DNA of 64,000 nucleotides from Escherichia coli (GTDB lineage Bacteria; Pseudomonadota; Gammaproteobacteria; Enterobacterales; Enterobacteriaceae): NCBI RefSeq assembly GCF_045037415.1, contig NZ_CP173438.1; one strand, 5' to 3'. Shown piece by piece: positions 51,066 to 64,000 of this stretch (position 1 is its first letter; each line of letters starts with the position of its first letter). The notes under the pieces were generated by a model. It saw only the letters and a program-made list of their open reading frames with translations, ran no database searches and was not told where the DNA came from. The position numbers and the translations under genes were made by a program.

Positions 51066-51371
51066 ATGTCTAATCAGTTTGGTGATACACGTATTGATGA
51101 CGACCTGACGCTGCTTAGTGAAACACTGGAAGAGGTGCTCCGCTCCTCTGGCGATCCCGCCGATCAGAAATATGTTGAGCTGAAAGCGCGTGCAGAAAAA
51201 GCGCTGGATGATGTGAAAAAACGGGTTAGCCAGGCTTCAGACAGTTATTACTATCGGGCGAAGCAGGCAGTTTATCGTGCTGATGACTACGTCCACGAAA
51301 AACCCTGGCAAGGAATTGGTGTGGGTGCGGCCGTTGGGCTGGTTCTAGGACTGTTGCTGGCACGCCGTTAA
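51066..51371 (+). CDS. elaB: DUF883 tail-anchored membrane protein ElaB
   Basis: 101-aa ORF with C-terminal TM helix (GIGVGAAVGLVLGLLLARR). Confidence 0.85.
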   Translation: MSNQFGDTRIDDDLTLLSETLEEVLRSSGDPADQKYVELKARAEKALDDVKKRVSQASDSYYYRAKQAVYRADDYVHEKPWQGIGVGAAVGLVLGLLLARR

Positions 51372-51384
51372 AACCTCCCTACAC

Positions 51385-51421
51385 CGGGGTACTGCATTTT
51401 TTTTGTCGTACCCCGTATAAT
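51385..51421 (+). promoter_or_regulatory. inverted repeat followed by a consensus -10 hexamer upstream of menF
   Basis: CGGGGTAC (51385-51392) / GTACCCCG (51408-51415) with a T-rich loop, then TATAAT (51416-51421) 28 nt before the menF GTG; no good -35 seen. Confidence 0.3.
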
Positions 51422-51449
51422 GTGAGGCTTTTAACAGGGAGAGGTCCGC

Positions 51450-52745
51450 GTGCAATCACTTACTACGGCGCTGGAAAATCTACTGCGCCATTTGTCGCAA
51501 GAGATTCCGGCGACACCCGGCATTCGGGTTATCGATATTCCTTTCCCTCTCAAAGACGCTTTTGATGCCTTGAGCTGGCTGGCCAGTCAGCAGGTGTATC
51601 CGCAATTCTACTGGCAACAACGTAATGGTGATGAAGAAGCTGCCGTCCTGGGTGCGATTACCCGTTTTACGTCGTTGGACCAGGCACAACGTTTTCTTCG
51701 CCAGCACCCGGAACACGCCGACTTACGCATCTGGGGGTTGAATGCGTTTGACCCGTCGCAGGGCTATTTACTTTTACCACGCCTGGAATGGCGACGTTGT
51801 GGCGGTAAAGCCACGCTGCGGTTGACGCTATTCAGCGAAAGCTCCCTTCAGCACGATGCAATCAAGGCAAAAGAATTTATCGCCACACTGGTGAGTATCA
51901 AGCCCCTGCCTGGATTACATTTAACCACCACGCGAGAACAACACTGGCCGGACAAAACGGGCTGGACGCTATTAATCGAACTGGCAACGAAAACCATCGC
52001 CGAAGGCGAGCTCGACAAAGTTGTGCTTGCTCGGGCAACTGACCTGCATTTCGCAAGTCCGGTCAATGCGGCAGCGATGATGGCTGCCAGTCGTCGGCTC
52101 AATCTGAATTGCTACCATTTTTACATGGCCTTTGATGGCGAAAATGCTTTTCTTGGTTCTTCACCGGAACGGTTATGGCGGCGGCGTGACAAAGCGCTGC
52201 GTACCGAAGCGCTGGCGGGAACGGTAGCAAATCATCCTGATGATAAGCAGGCGCAGCAGTTAGGTGAGTGGCTGATGGCGGATGATAAAAACCAGCGCGA
52301 GAACATGTTGGTGGTGGAAGATATCTGCCAACGATTGCAGGCCGATACCCGGACGCTGGATGTTTTACCGCCGCAGGTACTGCGTCTACGTAAAGTACAG
52401 CATCTTCGCCGCTGTATCTGGACTTCACTCAACAAAGCGGATGATGTGATCTGTTTACATCAGTTGCAGCCAACGGCAGCAGTTGCTGGCTTACCGCGCG
52501 ATCTGGCGCGACAGTTTATCGCCCGTCACGAACCGTTCACTCGAGAATGGTACGCCGGTTCTGCGGGCTATCTTTCATTACAGCAAAGTGAATTCTGCGT
52601 TTCCCTGCGCTCAGCAAAAATCAGCGGCAATATCGTGCGGCTATATGCTGGCGCAGGCATTGTCCGTGGTTCCGACCCCGAGCAAGAGTGGCAGGAAATC
52701 GACAACAAAGCGGCAGGGCTGCGTACTTTATTACAAATGGAATAG
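51450..52745 (+). CDS. menF: isochorismate synthase (menaquinone-specific)
   Basis: 431-aa ORF, GTG start after GGGAGAGG; chorismate-binding enzyme family; first of menFDHBCE. Confidence 0.9.
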   Translation: MQSLTTALENLLRHLSQEIPATPGIRVIDIPFPLKDAFDALSWLASQQVYPQFYWQQRNGDEEAAVLGAITRFTSLDQAQRFLRQHPEHADLRIWGLNAFDPSQGYLLLPRLEWRRCGGKATLRLTLFSESSLQHDAIKAKEFIATLVSIKPLPGLHLTTTREQHWPDKTGWTLLIELATKTIAEGELDKVVLARATDLHFASPVNAAAMMAASRRLNLNCYHFYMAFDGENAFLGSSPERLWRRRDKALRTEALAGTVANHPDDKQAQQLGEWLMADDKNQRENMLVVEDICQRLQADTRTLDVLPPQVLRLRKVQHLRRCIWTSLNKADDVICLHQLQPTAAVAGLPRDLARQFIARHEPFTREWYAGSAGYLSLQQSEFCVSLRSAKISGNIVRLYAGAGIVRGSDPEQEWQEIDNKAAGLRTLLQME

Positions 52746-52833
52746 TAATGAGTCGCATCATTACCGATTCATATCAATAATCTATTTTTGTAGCTCCTTA
52801 TACTTAGCCGCAATATTGATACCGGACAAACTC

Positions 52834-54504
52834 ATGTCAGTAAGCGCATTTAACCGACGCTGGGCGGCGGTCATTCTGGAAGCATTAACGCGTCACGGCG
52901 TCAGACACATCTGTATCGCCCCTGGCTCGCGTTCTACACCGTTAACGTTAGCGGCGGCGGAGAATTCCGCATTCATTCACCACACCCATTTCGATGAGCG
53001 TGGACTGGGGCATCTGGCGCTGGGGCTGGCGAAAGTCAGCAAGCAGCCGGTGGCGGTGATTGTGACCTCCGGCACGGCGGTAGCAAATCTCTATCCGGCG
53101 CTGATTGAAGCTGGGTTAACCGGAGAAAAACTGATCCTGTTAACCGCCGATCGCCCGCCGGAGCTGATTGACTGCGGCGCGAATCAGGCGATTCGTCAGC
53201 CGGGAATGTTCGCCTCTCACCCCACGCACAGTATTTCACTGCCGCGCCCGACCCAGGATATCCCCGCACGTTGGCTGGTTTCTACCATCGACCACGCTCT
53301 CGGTACGCTTCATGCTGGTGGAGTCCATATCAACTGCCCGTTTGCTGAACCGCTGTATGGCGAAATGGACGACACGGGGATTAGCTGGCAACAGCGGCTG
53401 GGCGACTGGTGGCAGGACGACAAACCGTGGCTGCGTGAAGCGCCTCGTCGGGAAAGTGAAAAACAGCGCGACTGGTTCTTCTGGCGACAAAAGCGCGGTG
53501 TGGTGGTTGCCGGGCGCATGAGTGCGGAAGAGGGCAAAAAAGTTGCACTGTGGGCGCAAACTCTTGGCTGGCCGCTGATTGGCGACGTGCTGTCGCAAAC
53601 CGGACAGCCGCTGCCGTGTGCCGATCTCTGGTTAGGCAATGCCAAAGCGACCAGCGAACTGCAACAGGCACAAATAGTGGTGCAATTGGGAAGCAGCCTG
53701 ACGGGGAAACGACTCCTCCAATGGCAGGCAAGCTGTGAACCAGAAGAGTACTGGATTGTTGATGACATTGAAGGGCGACTTGATCCGGCACACCATCGCG
53801 GACGTCGCTTAATTGCCAATATTGCCGACTGGCTGGAGCTGCATCCGGCAGAAAAACGCCAGCCCTGGTGCGTTGAAATCCCGCGCCTGGCGGAACAGGC
53901 AATGCAGGCGGTTATTGCCCGTCGCGATGCGTTTGGCGAAGCGCAACTGGCGCATCGCATCAGCGACTATTTGCCTGAACAGGGGCAATTGTTTGTCGGT
54001 AACAGCCTGGTGGTGCGTCTGATTGATGCGCTTTCGCAACTTCCGGCAGGTTACCCGGTGTACAGCAACCGTGGTGCCAGCGGTATCGACGGGCTGCTCT
54101 CGACTGCCGCCGGCGTTCAGCGGGCAAGCGGCAAACCGACGCTGGCGATTGTGGGCGATCTCTCCGCACTTTACGATCTCAACGCGCTGGCGTTATTGCG
54201 CCAGGTTTCCGCACCGCTGGTATTAATTGTGGTGAACAACAACGGCGGGCAAATTTTTTCGCTGTTGCCAACGCCGAAAAGCGAGCGCGGGCGTTTCTAT
54301 CTGATGCCGCAAAACGTCCATTTTGAGCACGCCGCCGCGATGTTCGAGCTGAAATATCATCGTCCGCAAAACTGGCAGGAACTTGAAACGACACTAGTCG
54401 ATGCCTGGCGTACGCCGACCACCACGGTGATTGAAATGGTGGTTAACGACACCGATGGTGCGCAAACGCTCCAGCAACTTCTGGCGCAGGTAAGCCATTT
54501 ATGA
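52834..54504 (+). CDS. menD: SEPHCHC synthase (ThDP-dependent)
   Basis: Track ORF is open from 52483, but the conserved start [18 protein letters not shown] is the ATG at 52834 (556 aa). Confidence 0.9.
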   Translation: MSVSAFNRRWAAVILEALTRHGVRHICIAPGSRSTPLTLAAAENSAFIHHTHFDERGLGHLALGLAKVSKQPVAVIVTSGTAVANLYPALIEAGLTGEKLILLTADRPPELIDCGANQAIRQPGMFASHPTHSISLPRPTQDIPARWLVSTIDHALGTLHAGGVHINCPFAEPLYGEMDDTGISWQQRLGDWWQDDKPWLREAPRRESEKQRDWFFWRQKRGVVVAGRMSAEEGKKVALWAQTLGWPLIGDVLSQTGQPLPCADLWLGNAKATSELQQAQIVVQLGSSLTGKRLLQWQASCEPEEYWIVDDIEGRLDPAHHRGRRLIANIADWLELHPAEKRQPWCVEIPRLAEQAMQAVIARRDAFGEAQLAHRISDYLPEQGQLFVGNSLVVRLIDALSQLPAGYPVYSNRGASGIDGLLSTAAGVQRASGKPTLAIVGDLSALYDLNALALLRQVSAPLVLIVVNNNGGQIFSLLPTPKSERGRFYLMPQNVHFEHAAAMFELKYHRPQNWQELETTLVDAWRTPTTTVIEMVVNDTDGAQTLQQLLAQVSHL

Positions 54505-55259
54505 TCCTGCACGCGCAGGCAAAACACGGCAAACCAGGTTTACCCTGGCTGGTGTTTTTGCACGGTTTTTCCGGCGATTGCCATGAATGGCAAGAAGTGG
54601 GCGAGGCGTTTGCCGACTACTCGCGGTTGTATGTTGATCTCCCAGGTCACGGTGGTTCAGCGACGATCAGCGTCGATGGATTTGATGATGTCACCGACTT
54701 ACTGTGTAAAACGCTGGTTAGTTACAACATCCTTAACTTCTGGCTGGTGGGGTACTCGCTTGGCGGACGGGTGGCGATGATGGCGGCTTGCCAGGAGCTG
54801 GCGGGGCTTTGTGGAGTTGTTGTCGAAGGCGGGCATCCTGGGTTGCAAAATGCTGAACAACGCGCGGAACGTCAGCGTTCCGATCGCCAATGGGCGCAGC
54901 GTTTTCGTACAGAACCGTTAACGGCGGTATTTGCCGATTGGTATCAACAGCCTGTTTTTGCCTCGCTCAATGACGATCAACGCCGGGAGCTGGTGGCGCT
55001 GCGCAGCAACAATAATGGCGCAACCCTTGCCGCCATGCTGGAGGCGACTTCTCTCGCCGTCCAGCCCGATTTACGTGCTAACCTTAGCGCCCGCACATTT
55101 GCGTTTTATTATTTATGTGGTGAACGTGACAGCAAATTCCGCGCTCTGGCGGCGGAACTGGCTGCCGACTGCCATGTCATTCCTCGCGCCGGACATAACG
55201 CGCACCGGGAAAATCCCGCTGGCGTAATCGCAAGTCTGGCGCAGATCTTGCGTTTCTGA
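54501..55259 (+). CDS. menH: SHCHC synthase (alpha/beta hydrolase)
   Basis: 252-aa ORF overlapping menD stop (ATGA); hydrolase nucleophile motif GYSLGG. Confidence 0.9.
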
Positions 55260-55273
55260 CTAAAGGACACAAT

Positions 55274-56131
55274 ATGATTTATCCTGATGAAGCAATGCTT
55301 TACGCACCGGTTGAATGGCACGACTGCTCCGAAGGTTTTGAGGACATTCGTTATGAAAAATCCACCGACGGTATCGCAAAAATCACCATTAATCGTCCGC
55401 AGGTGCGCAATGCCTTCCGTCCTCTGACGGTAAAAGAGATGATCCAGGCGCTGGCGGATGCGCGTTATGACGACAACATCGGCGTGATCATTCTGACTGG
55501 TGCAGGCGATAAAGCGTTCTGCTCCGGTGGTGACCAGAAAGTGCGTGGCGATTACGGCGGCTATAAAGATGATTCCGGCGTACATCACCTGAACGTGCTG
55601 GACTTCCAGCGTCAGATCCGTACCTGTCCGAAACCGGTTGTCGCGATGGTGGCTGGCTACTCCATCGGCGGCGGTCACGTTCTGCACATGATGTGCGACC
55701 TGACTATCGCGGCTGATAATGCCATCTTCGGCCAGACTGGCCCGAAAGTCGGTTCCTTCGACGGCGGCTGGGGCGCTTCCTACATGGCTCGCATCGTCGG
55801 ACAGAAAAAAGCGCGTGAAATCTGGTTCTTGTGCCGTCAGTACGACGCGAAACAGGCGCTGGATATGGGCCTTGTAAACACCGTGGTACCGCTGGCGGAT
55901 CTGGAAAAAGAAACCGTCCGTTGGTGCCGTGAAATGCTGCAAAACAGCCCGATGGCGCTGCGCTGCCTGAAAGCTGCGCTGAACGCCGACTGTGACGGGC
56001 AGGCGGGGCTGCAGGAGCTGGCGGGCAACGCTACCATGCTGTTCTACATGACGGAAGAAGGTCAGGAAGGTCGCAATGCTTTCAACCAGAAACGTCAGCC
56101 TGATTTCAGCAAATTTAAACGGAATCCGTAA
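55274..56131 (+). CDS. menB: 1,4-dihydroxy-2-naphthoyl-CoA synthase
   Basis: 285-aa ORF, crotonase fold. Confidence 0.95.
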
Positions 56132-57093
56132 TGCGTAGCGCGCAGGTATACCGCTGGCAGATCCCCATGGACGCGGGGGTGGTTCTGCGCGACAGGCGGT
56201 TAAAAACCCGCGACGGGCTGTATGTTTGCCTGCGTGAGGGTGAGCGCGAAGGGTGGGGGGAGATCTCCCCACTGCCGGGCTTCAGTCAGGAAACCTGGGA
56301 AGATGCGCAAAGTGTGCTGCTTGCCTGGGTAAATAACTGGCTGGCAGGCGATTGCGAATTACCGCAGATGCCTTCCGTTGCCTTTGGCGTAAGTTGTGCA
56401 TTGGCGGAGCTGGCAGATACGCTCCCGCAGGCGGCCAATTACCGTGCGGCACCGCTGTGTAATGGCGATCCTGACGATCTGATCCTCAAACTTGCCGATA
56501 TGCCTGGCGAGAAAGTGGCGAAGGTCAAAGTGGGATTGTATGAAGCCGTGCGCGACGGCATGGTGGTGAATCTGTTGCTGGAGGCAATTCCGGATCTGCA
56601 TTTGCGTCTTGACGCGAATCGCGCCTGGACACCGCTGAAAGGCCAGCAGTTTGCCAAATACGTTAACCCGGATTATCGCCACCGCATCGCATTTCTCGAA
56701 GAGCCGTGCAAAACCCGCGATGATTCGCGTGCGTTTGCCCGTGAAACCGGCATTGCCATTGCCTGGGATGAAAGCTTGCGCGAGCCGGATTTTGCCTTTG
56801 TAGCTGAAGAGGGCGTGCGCGCGGTAGTTATCAAACCCACGCTCACGGGCAGCCTGGAGAAAGTACGCGAGCAGGTGAAGGCGGCGCATGCGCTGGGGCT
56901 GACGGCGGTGATCAGTTCTTCCATTGAGTCGAGCTTAGGTCTAATGCAACTGGCGCGGATTGCTGCCTGGTTAACGCCAGACACCATTCCGGGACTGGAC
57001 ACGCTGGATCTGATGCAGGTGCAGCAGGTTCGTCGCTGGCCGGGGAGTCCACTGCCGTTAGTGGACGTTGATGCACTGGAGCGGCTGTTATGA
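56131..57093 (+). CDS. menC: o-succinylbenzoate synthase
   Basis: 320-aa ORF overlapping menB stop (TAATG); enolase superfamily. Confidence 0.9.
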   Translation: MRSAQVYRWQIPMDAGVVLRDRRLKTRDGLYVCLREGEREGWGEISPLPGFSQETWEDAQSVLLAWVNNWLAGDCELPQMPSVAFGVSCALAELADTLPQAANYRAAPLCNGDPDDLILKLADMPGEKVAKVKVGLYEAVRDGMVVNLLLEAIPDLHLRLDANRAWTPLKGQQFAKYVNPDYRHRIAFLEEPCKTRDDSRAFARETGIAIAWDESLREPDFAFVAEEGVRAVVIKPTLTGSLEKVREQVKAAHALGLTAVISSSIESSLGLMQLARIAAWLTPDTIPGLDTLDLMQVQQVRRWPGSPLPLVDVDALERLL

Positions 57094-58445
57094 TCTTCTC
57101 TGACTGGCCGTGGCGTCACTGGCGGCAAGTGCGGGGAGAAGCCATCGCCTTACGTCTTAATGACGAGCAACTCAACTGGCGCGAGCTTTGTGCTCGCGTC
57201 GATGAATTAGCCTCCAGCTTTGCGGCGCAGGGTGTGGTTGCGGGCAGCGGCGTGATGTTGCGGGCGTGGAATACGCCGCAAACGCTGCTGGCCTGGCTGG
57301 CGTTACTGCAATGCGGGGCGCGGGTGTTGCCCGTGAACCCTCAGCTGCCGCAACCGCTGCTTGAGGAATTGCTGCCCAATCTTACGCTGCAATTTGCGCT
57401 GGTGCCGGAAGGGGAAAACACGTTTCCGGCGTTAACGTCGCTGCATATTCAGCAGGTTGAAGGCGTACATGCCGTGGCGTGGCAGCCGACGCGTCTGTGC
57501 TCAATGACGTTAACCTCTGGTTCCACTGGCTTGCCGAAAGCCGCTGTTCATACTTATCAGGCTCATCTTGCCAGCGCCGAAGGGGTGTTATCGCTGATTC
57601 CGTTTGGCGATCACGATGACTGGTTGCTCTCTTTACCGCTGTTTCACGTCTCCGGTCAGGGAATTATGTGGCGCTGGTTATACGCTGGTGCGCGGATGAC
57701 GGTACGTGATAAACAGCCATTGGAGCAAATGCTGGCAGGCTGTACGCACGCTTCACTGGTGCCAACACAACTCTGGCGTTTGCTGGTTAACCGTAGTTCC
57801 GTTTCCCTGAAAGCGGTTTTACTTGGCGGCGCGGCTATCCCGGTCGAGTTGACGGAACAGGCGCGCGAGCAGGGGATTCGGTGCTTTTGCGGCTATGGTC
57901 TGACCGAGTTTGCCTCCACGGTGTGTGCGAAAGAAGCCGACGGTCTGGCAGACGTCGGTTCGCCGCTGCCGGGTCGGGAAGTGAAAATCGTAAACGACGA
58001 AGTGTGGCTGCGGGCTGCCAGCATGGCAGAAGGTTACTGGCGTAACGGGCAACGGGTTCCACTGGTTAATGACGAAGGCTGGTACGCCACGCGCGATCGC
58101 GGTGAGATGCATAATGGCAAGCTGACCATTGTCGGACGTTTAGACAATCTGTTCTTCAGTGGTGGCGAAGGCATTCAGCCAGAAGAAGTCGAGCGCGTTA
58201 TTGCTGCACATCCTGCGGTTTTGCAGGTGTTTATCGTTCCCGTTGCTGACAAGGAGTTTGGTCATCGACCGGTAGCGGTGGTGGAGTATGACCAGCAAAC
58301 CGTTGATCTTGGCGAATGGGTGAAAGATAAGCTGGCCCGTTTTCAACAACCGGTGCGCTGGCTGACTTTACCGCCGGAGCTGAAAAACGGCGGTATTAAA
58401 ATTTCACGTCAGGCGTTAAAAGAGTGGGTGCAACGCCAGGATTAA
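57090..58445 (+). CDS. menE: o-succinylbenzoate-CoA ligase
   Basis: 451-aa ORF overlapping menC stop; AMP-binding motif (TSGSTGLPK). Confidence 0.9.
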   Translation: MIFSDWPWRHWRQVRGEAIALRLNDEQLNWRELCARVDELASSFAAQGVVAGSGVMLRAWNTPQTLLAWLALLQCGARVLPVNPQLPQPLLEELLPNLTLQFALVPEGENTFPALTSLHIQQVEGVHAVAWQPTRLCSMTLTSGSTGLPKAAVHTYQAHLASAEGVLSLIPFGDHDDWLLSLPLFHVSGQGIMWRWLYAGARMTVRDKQPLEQMLAGCTHASLVPTQLWRLLVNRSSVSLKAVLLGGAAIPVELTEQAREQGIRCFCGYGLTEFASTVCAKEADGLADVGSPLPGREVKIVNDEVWLRAASMAEGYWRNGQRVPLVNDEGWYATRDRGEMHNGKLTIVGRLDNLFFSGGEGIQPEEVERVIAAHPAVLQVFIVPVADKEFGHRPVAVVEYDQQTVDLGEWVKDKLARFQQPVRWLTLPPELKNGGIKISRQALKEWVQRQD

Positions 58446-58554
58446 GAAATCATTAGTTTCACTTCGCAATTTTGCCATTCCATTGCCGTTGATAATAGGT
58501 TTATCTGTTAATCTGTAAATTGATGTGAAAACTCTTATCAAACAGGATAATGCA

Positions 58555-58821
58555 ATGGAATGGCTGGTCAAAAAATCGTGCTGCAATAAACAAAATAACA
58601 GACATGTACTTATGCTCTGCGATGCTGGCGGCGCGATAAAAATGATCGCCGAAGTGAAGAGTGACTTCGCCGTGAAAGTGGGGGATTTACTCTCGCCTTT
58701 GCAGAATGCGCTTTACTGTATTAATCGTGAAAAGCTGCACACGGTGAAAGTTCTTTCTGCAAGCTGTTATAGCCCCGATGAGTGGGAACGGCAGTGTAAA
58801 GCGGCAGGGAAAACTCAGTAA
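58555..58821 (+). CDS. pmrD: signal-transduction connector protein PmrD
   Basis: Track ORF from 58525; ATG at 58555 (MEWLVKKS...) gives 88 aa; lies between menE and the arn operon. Confidence 0.8.
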
Positions 58822-59201
58822 CGTTGTTTTGTTGTGGGCAGGAAAATCAGCATCAACCCGCTCATAATACAGGCTACTCCCAGTAGTGCTTTCAGCGAAA
58901 AAGTCCCTTCCCAGCCGGGAAGTACCATTGAAGCAATCCATACCAGCACATAACTCATACTGAGCAAGGCATAGGCTTTGCTTAGCGCAAGTTTATGTAG
59001 TGTTTTATACCAACAAAAAACGGAAAGCAGATAACCCAGCAGCCCGAGTAACAATATCCGGGCATCCAGGCCAAAAGCTAACAGCGCCGCGATAAAATCC
59101 CATAAGTGCGTCATTGGCGGCAGATGACTCGCCGCAAAACCCAAGCTTAATTGCGCAGCGGAGGCGATAATGACGCTGAATAATCCCCACATCAGGCCCA
59201 T
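58815..59201 (-). CDS. arnF: undecaprenyl-phosphate-L-Ara4N flippase subunit ArnF
   Basis: 128-aa membrane ORF (MGLMWGLF...) within the 222-aa track ORF; start overlaps arnE stop. Confidence 0.85.
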
Positions 59202-59536
59202 TACACCGTACTCCCGAGGATCACAATGCCGCCAATAATGAACGCCACCCCACACCAGTGACGCAGCGATACCGGCTCGTGCCACAGTTTTACTGCAGCC
59301 AGCGTTACCCAGACAAAATTCAGACTTAACATCGGGTAGGCAATGCCTACCGGTACGTTCTGCAAGACCAGCAGCCAGAGCACCATGGCAAGGCCAAGAC
59401 AAGCCAGCGCCAGTCCCAGCCACAGCACGATATGTTTGCGCCGTTTGTTTACCGCCGCAAAGCAGGTTGCCTGTTTCTGACACAACTGCCCGGCAACGCT
59501 AAGCAAGCTGGCAAAGACTAATGTTAGCCAGATCAT
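59201..59536 (-). CDS. arnE: undecaprenyl-phosphate-L-Ara4N flippase subunit ArnE
   Basis: 111-aa SMR-like membrane ORF. Confidence 0.85.
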
Positions 59537-61185
59537 TTGGGCCGATACTGAATGAGTACCAGACGTCCCTGACGATCGATGGCATCAGCGGGCGGAATGG
59601 CGAGACTATTGATATCTTCATCGCGGTCAACCGAAAGCACGAGTGTAATAATCCCCTCCTGACGATGTTGATTAAGCCAGTTTGCGAACTCATCACCGCT
59701 GACAAATCTCCCTTTTGCATCCGGATAATTAAGGCCATATTTCAACTCACCTGTCTGGCGATACATGATGATGTCATCGCGTTGCAGGCTCCATGCCAGA
59801 CCTGCGGCAACACCGACGCTATCAGTAAGAATATAGCGGCTTGGCTGAAGTGATTCTTGTGTCATCTCGACAAAAAATTGCGGATGTTTTCCTTCCATGA
59901 CTCTGTCAGGAATTGAAAATCCTACCAGCAACGCCAGCCCCAGCGGGCAAAGCGCGGCAAAAGGCCAGGTCTTTTCGACGTTTGTTAAGGTGTACCAGCC
60001 GAAAAATGCCCATAGCGAAAAAATAGACCAGGCACAAAAGACTTTATAGCTCTCGAAGGTTTGCCACACCGGTGTGTTCATTGGTCCCCAGGGGGAGACC
60101 ACAAATGTGGCAATAATGCCAGTGACGCCAAAAGCGATGTTAATCCAGCCATTAATCCGCAACGCCAGAGGATTATTTTTTGCTGCCAGCAAAGCGTAAT
60201 GCGCCATCAGCATTGCCAGAGGTGCAAAGCAGGAAAGAATATAGGTGGGCAATTTGCCTTTAGCGACGGAGAAAAACAGCAGCGGCATTATCGTCCAGCT
60301 CAACAAATAAACGGTTGCGGAATGCTTGCGGTTTTTCCAGCCAGCGTACAGTGCACCGGGGAGTAATCCCAGCCACGGCAGGCTACCGGCAATGATGACC
60401 GGCAAGTAGTACCAGAACGGCGCTCTATGTTGGGCATCATCCAGTGCAAAGCGTTGAATATGCTCAACCCAGAAAAAATAGTGCCAGAAGTCAGGCTCCC
60501 GCTGCGCTATCGCCAGTCCCCAGGGGAGAACCGTCAGTACGCAACTGATAACCGCCAGCCAGCCGTAAATAAAGAGATCTTTCCAGCGTTTTTGCGTTGC
60601 TACCCATGGCAGCACGCTTAATACCGGCACGGCAAGGGCGAGAAAACCTTTGGTCATCACCCCCATGCCGCAGGTGATTCCCAGCAGTAAAAATCCTGCG
60701 CTTTTGCCTTTCCACGTCTGTGCCTGCATTGCCAGCCAGAAGCTGCACATTCCCGCCACCAGCCAGAAGGCAATAAACGGATCGAGCACGGCATAAGTGC
60801 CGATGGCATAGACAATAAACAATGAGAGATAAATTACTGTGGCGAGTAAAGCCAGACGTTTATCGCGCCATAAGCGCAGAGTAAACCAGGTCATCAGCGC
60901 GGCAGTTAACAGGGTCGCAAAGATAACGCCTGCCCGCACACCAAAGTTATTCGCGCCAAATAGCCATTGCCCAATGCTGTTAATCCAGTATCCGGCAATG
61001 GGTTTTTCGAAATAACGTAGCCCTAACAGATGGGGAACAATCCAGTCGCCGGATGCCAGCATTTCCCGACTGATTTCCGCATAACGCGTTTCATCTGGTT
61101 GCCAGAGCAGACGCGTGCTGATCGGTAACAGGTAATAGCAGGCAATAAATGCGAAGAGGCCGATAAGGTAACGTACCGATTTCAT
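59533..61185 (-). CDS. arnT: undecaprenyl-phosphate-L-Ara4N : lipid A transferase
   Basis: 550-aa polytopic membrane ORF, ArnT/PMT-family glycosyltransferase. Confidence 0.9.
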   Translation of the reverse strand: MKSVRYLIGLFAFIACYYLLPISTRLLWQPDETRYAEISREMLASGDWIVPHLLGLRYFEKPIAGYWINSIGQWLFGANNFGVRAGVIFATLLTAALMTWFTLRLWRDKRLALLATVIYLSLFIVYAIGTYAVLDPFIAFWLVAGMCSFWLAMQAQTWKGKSAGFLLLGITCGMGVMTKGFLALAVPVLSVLPWVATQKRWKDLFIYGWLAVISCVLTVLPWGLAIAQREPDFWHYFFWVEHIQRFALDDAQHRAPFWYYLPVIIAGSLPWLGLLPGALYAGWKNRKHSATVYLLSWTIMPLLFFSVAKGKLPTYILSCFAPLAMLMAHYALLAAKNNPLALRINGWINIAFGVTGIIATFVVSPWGPMNTPVWQTFESYKVFCAWSIFSLWAFFGWYTLTNVEKTWPFAALCPLGLALLVGFSIPDRVMEGKHPQFFVEMTQESLQPSRYILTDSVGVAAGLAWSLQRDDIIMYRQTGELKYGLNYPDAKGRFVSGDEFANWLNQHRQEGIITLVLSVDRDEDINSLAIPPADAIDRQGRLVLIQYRPK

Positions 61186-62075
61186 CAGTGACTACCCGCC
61201 ATTTGTTGGCAACCCAGCCAGCCTTCACGTCCGGCAATATTTCCGCGAACAACTTGTCCGAGCGGCAACGTCCCTGATAACAGTTCGCTTAAAGGGCAAA
61301 ATGTCACGCCTTCCTGAGCTGCGCGTTTCAGGAGATCCACAAAATTATGCTGATAAGCGCAGCCTTCAACTTCGGCATGAATGGTATAAACCGGCGTGCC
61401 TTTATCTCGCTGGATGCGGTTGAGTAACCAACCGTTAAAATCTTCTGCTTTCACATCCCGACCAATCACTTCATCCCAGGTGGGTAAGGTCACCGGAATT
61501 TGCGCAGTGCCGGGGGTTCCTGATTCGAGCAATGGACGAAACGGCATCGCCCCACGACAATCGCTGTTGTAGCGCAAATGGAACGCTTCTTTTGCTTCGA
61601 TCACCTGTTGGTCAGCACGCCAGCCAGCAGCGGCAGAACAGGTTACCGGTTGACCGATAATCTCTTCCAGGGTGCGAAGGCCGCGTGCAATATCGTCGAT
61701 CATTGTTTGCCGATCCCAATTACCGCTATGGGCTTGCCAGGCATGGTGATCCCAGGCGTGCAGGCCGACTTCGTGATGTTTAGCCGCTTCACGAATGATA
61801 TCGGCATTGGCATGACCAATCTCTTTACCTGGCCAGGCCGTACCTGCCAGTAAAATATCCCAGCCATAAAGCGATGCCGCGTTTGAGCGCAGCATCTTCC
61901 ACAAAAACTGTGGCTTCACCAGTCGCCAGAGATGGCGGCCCATATTGTCCGGGCCGACGCTGAAAAAAATGCTGGCCTGAATATTATGCTTACTCAAGAT
62001 TTCCAGCAGACGCGGCACGCCTTCACGGGTGCCACGAAAGGTATCGACATCAATGCGTAAGCCGACTTTGGTCAT
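61185..62075 (-). CDS. arnD: 4-deoxy-4-formamido-L-arabinose-phosphoundecaprenol deformylase
   Basis: 296-aa ORF, polysaccharide deacetylase fold; overlaps arnT start and arnA stop. Confidence 0.9.
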   Translation of the reverse strand: MTKVGLRIDVDTFRGTREGVPRLLEILSKHNIQASIFFSVGPDNMGRHLWRLVKPQFLWKMLRSNAASLYGWDILLAGTAWPGKEIGHANADIIREAAKHHEVGLHAWDHHAWQAHSGNWDRQTMIDDIARGLRTLEEIIGQPVTCSAAAGWRADQQVIEAKEAFHLRYNSDCRGAMPFRPLLESGTPGTAQIPVTLPTWDEVIGRDVKAEDFNGWLLNRIQRDKGTPVYTIHAEVEGCAYQHNFVDLLKRAAQEGVTFCPLSELLSGTLPLGQVVRGNIAGREGWLGCQQMAGSH

Positions 62076-64000
62076 GATGGTTTATCCGTAAGATCAACGG
62101 TGCGCAGGAAGAAATCCAGCGTTTCGTCGATGGTTTCCTGCATATCAATTTTCGGTTCCCAGTCCAGGCAGCGGCGGGCATTGCGGATGCTCGGTTTACG
62201 ATGCTCTACGTCCTGATATCCTTTGCCATAGTAGCTGCTACTTTCGACAACACGAAAGCCCGCAAACGGTGGGAAGTAATGGCGCAGCGGATGTTTTTCG
62301 AAGCTCGCCAGCAGCATCTCACCCAGTTCTTCAATGCTCGCTTCGTTCTCAGGATTGCCAATGTTGATAATTTCGCCATCGCAGCGATTTCCCGCATTTT
62401 CGATAATGCGGTATAACGCCTCGATACCATCCCGAATATCAGTAAAGCAGCGTTTTTGTTTTCCGCCATCAATCAGCTTAATCGGTGAACCTTCTACCAG
62501 ATTGAGAATGAGTTGCGTAATAGCGCGGGAGCTGCCAATTCGCGCTGCATTAAGGTTATCCAGTCGTGGCCCCATCCAGTTAAACGGGCGGAAGAGGGTG
62601 AACTGTAAACCTTCTTTTTCGCCATAGGCCCAGATCACCCGATCAAGTAATTGTTTAGACACCGAATAAATCCAGCGTGGTTTATTCACCGGGCCGACGA
62701 TTAAATTAGAATGATCCTCATCGAAGTATTTATCGCTACACATCCCATAAACTTCTGAAGTCGACGGGAAGATGATTCGCTTACGGTACTTCACGCAGTA
62801 GCGGATAATGCGCAGATTCTCTTCGAAATCGAGTTCAAATACGCGCAGCGGGTTGCGGGTATATTCAATCGGCGTGGCTATCGCCACCAGCGGCAACACG
62901 ACATCACATTTTTTGACGTGATACTCAATCCATTCGGAATGAATACTGATATCGCCTTCGACAAAGTGAAAATGCGGATGATTCAGAAAACGGCTTATCG
63001 CATCGCTGCCAATATCCAGACCGTAAACTTCATAATGATCTTCGCGCAGCAGGCGTTCTGTCAGATGGTTGCCAATAAAGCCATTCACCCCGAGGATGAG
63101 TACCCGGGTACGGCGTCGGGCGGCACAGGCAGGCTGGCTATTCAAGCGTGAACCTTGCACCAGGCCCAGCGTCTGCGCTAATTGCGAGCCCTGCATAGTA
63201 ATGCCGTCGCCCGCCTGTCCAGTGACGATTTCCAGCGCGCCATCGCCACAGGCAATCAGCAGTGGTGCAACAGAAATCACGCTCCCCGGCAGTGCTTTGC
63301 TGGCATGAGGATGAACACGCGACGACCAGACGGTGAATTTCTGATTGCCAACATAGCTGAAGGCACCCGGCCACGGATCGGCAACGGCACGCACCATGTT
63401 GTGCAGTACGGATGCCGGCTTATGCCATTCGAGGAAACTGTCATCCGGCGTTCTGCGACCAAAACAGGTGGCTTCGTTTTCGCGCTGGGCGATTTCCAGA
63501 ATATTACCGTGTTTAATGGCGGGTAATGTCTGTTCCAGTAGCTGGCGCGCGGCATGGCACAATTTATGATGCAGCGTAATGGCGATATCGTCTGGCGCAA
63601 TGGCAACGCGCAGTTGTGCCACAATGGCCCCGGCATCGGCACGTTTCACCATTCGGTGCAATGTAACGCCAGTTTCCGTTTCACCGTTCACCAGCACCCA
63701 GTTCAGCGGCGCGCGACCACGATATTTTGGTAACAGCGAACCATGCAGATTAAATGCACCTCTCGGAGCGAGCTGCAAAATCTCATCGCAAATAAGATGG
63801 CGATAATAAAAAGAGAAAATCACCTCTGGTGATAGTTGGGCAATGCGTTCCACCCACAGCGGATGATTAACGTTATCCGGCGCATAAACTGGAATGCCTC
63901 TTTCCGCTGCCAGTCGGGCAACCGAACCATAAAAGGCTTTTTCACCGGGGTTATCAGTATGGGTAAAAATGGCGCTAATTTCGTAACCGGCAGACAGCAG
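62072..64000 (-). CDS. arnA: bifunctional UDP-GlcA decarboxylase / UDP-Ara4N formyltransferase (partial; first ~18 codons beyond window end)
   Basis: Frame open to the window edge; edge translation [20 protein letters not shown]... continues into the track ORF ([16 protein letters not shown] formyltransferase motif, C-terminal SDR domain). Confidence 0.9.
   Translation of the reverse strand: MLSAGYEISAIFTHTDNPGEKAFYGSVARLAAERGIPVYAPDNVNHPLWVERIAQLSPEVIFSFYYRHLICDEILQLAPRGAFNLHGSLLPKYRGRAPLNWVLVNGETETGVTLHRMVKRADAGAIVAQLRVAIAPDDIAITLHHKLCHAARQLLEQTLPAIKHGNILEIAQRENEATCFGRRTPDDSFLEWHKPASVLHNMVRAVADPWPGAFSYVGNQKFTVWSSRVHPHASKALPGSVISVAPLLIACGDGALEIVTGQAGDGITMQGSQLAQTLGLVQGSRLNSQPACAARRRTRVLILGVNGFIGNHLTERLLREDHYEVYGLDIGSDAISRFLNHPHFHFVEGDISIHSEWIEYHVKKCDVVLPLVAIATPIEYTRNPLRVFELDFEENLRIIRYCVKYRKRIIFPSTSEVYGMCSDKYFDEDHSNLIVGPVNKPRWIYSVSKQLLDRVIWAYGEKEGLQFTLFRPFNWMGPRLDNLNAARIGSSRAITQLILNLVEGSPIKLIDGGKQKRCFTDIRDGIEALYRIIENAGNRCDGEIINIGNPENEASIEELGEMLLASFEKHPLRHYFPPFAGFRVVESSSYYGKGYQDVEHRKPSIRNARRCLDWEPKIDMQETIDETLDFFLRTVDLTDKPS

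Noticed and set aside
52483-52833. Track ORF extending the menD frame 117 codons upstream, overlapping the menF 3' end
   Set aside because: In-frame read-through lacking stops, not an N-terminal extension: the conserved MenD N-terminus ([13 protein letters not shown]) starts at the ATG at 52834 and the upstream part has no start-codon or RBS support.

Overview
This 64-kb window reads as a contiguous Escherichia coli / Shigella-type chromosomal segment, reverse-oriented relative to the K-12 map, running pdxB'-usg-truA-dedA-accD-folC-dedD-cvpA-purF-ubiX-argT-hisJQMP-yfcH-folX-yfcG-yfcF-yfcE-yfcD-yfcC-pta-ackA-yfbV-yfbU-yfbT-yfbS-yfbR-alaA-lrhA-nuoABCEFGHIJKLMN-yfbM-yfbL-yfbK-rbn-elaA-elaB-menFDHBCE-pmrD-arnFETD-arnA'. 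All genes appear intact, with tight or overlapping junctions inside the his, nuo, men and arn operons. I see no rRNA, tRNA, CRISPR array, IS element or prophage gene. I do not find convincing evidence of a novel multi-gene system: this is core housekeeping genome (purine, folate, histidine/arginine transport, acetate switch, Complex I, menaquinone, lipid A Ara4N modification). The most interesting signals are small: (i) three places where genes I recall in K-12 are missing (rpnB/yfcI between hisP and yfcH; yfbN-yfbO-yfbP after nuoN; elaD between yfbK and rbn), the first with short duplicated junction fragments and a 13-bp perfect stem; (ii) a 919-bp AT-rich divergent alaA-lrhA intergenic region; (iii) a triple 8-bp motif in the ackA-yfbV intergenic region; (iv) REP/BIME elements, including a 3 x 91-bp tandem cluster. 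Gene calls rest on the supplied ORF track plus my recognition of the proteins and synteny; no database search was run, and the K-12 comparisons are from memory.
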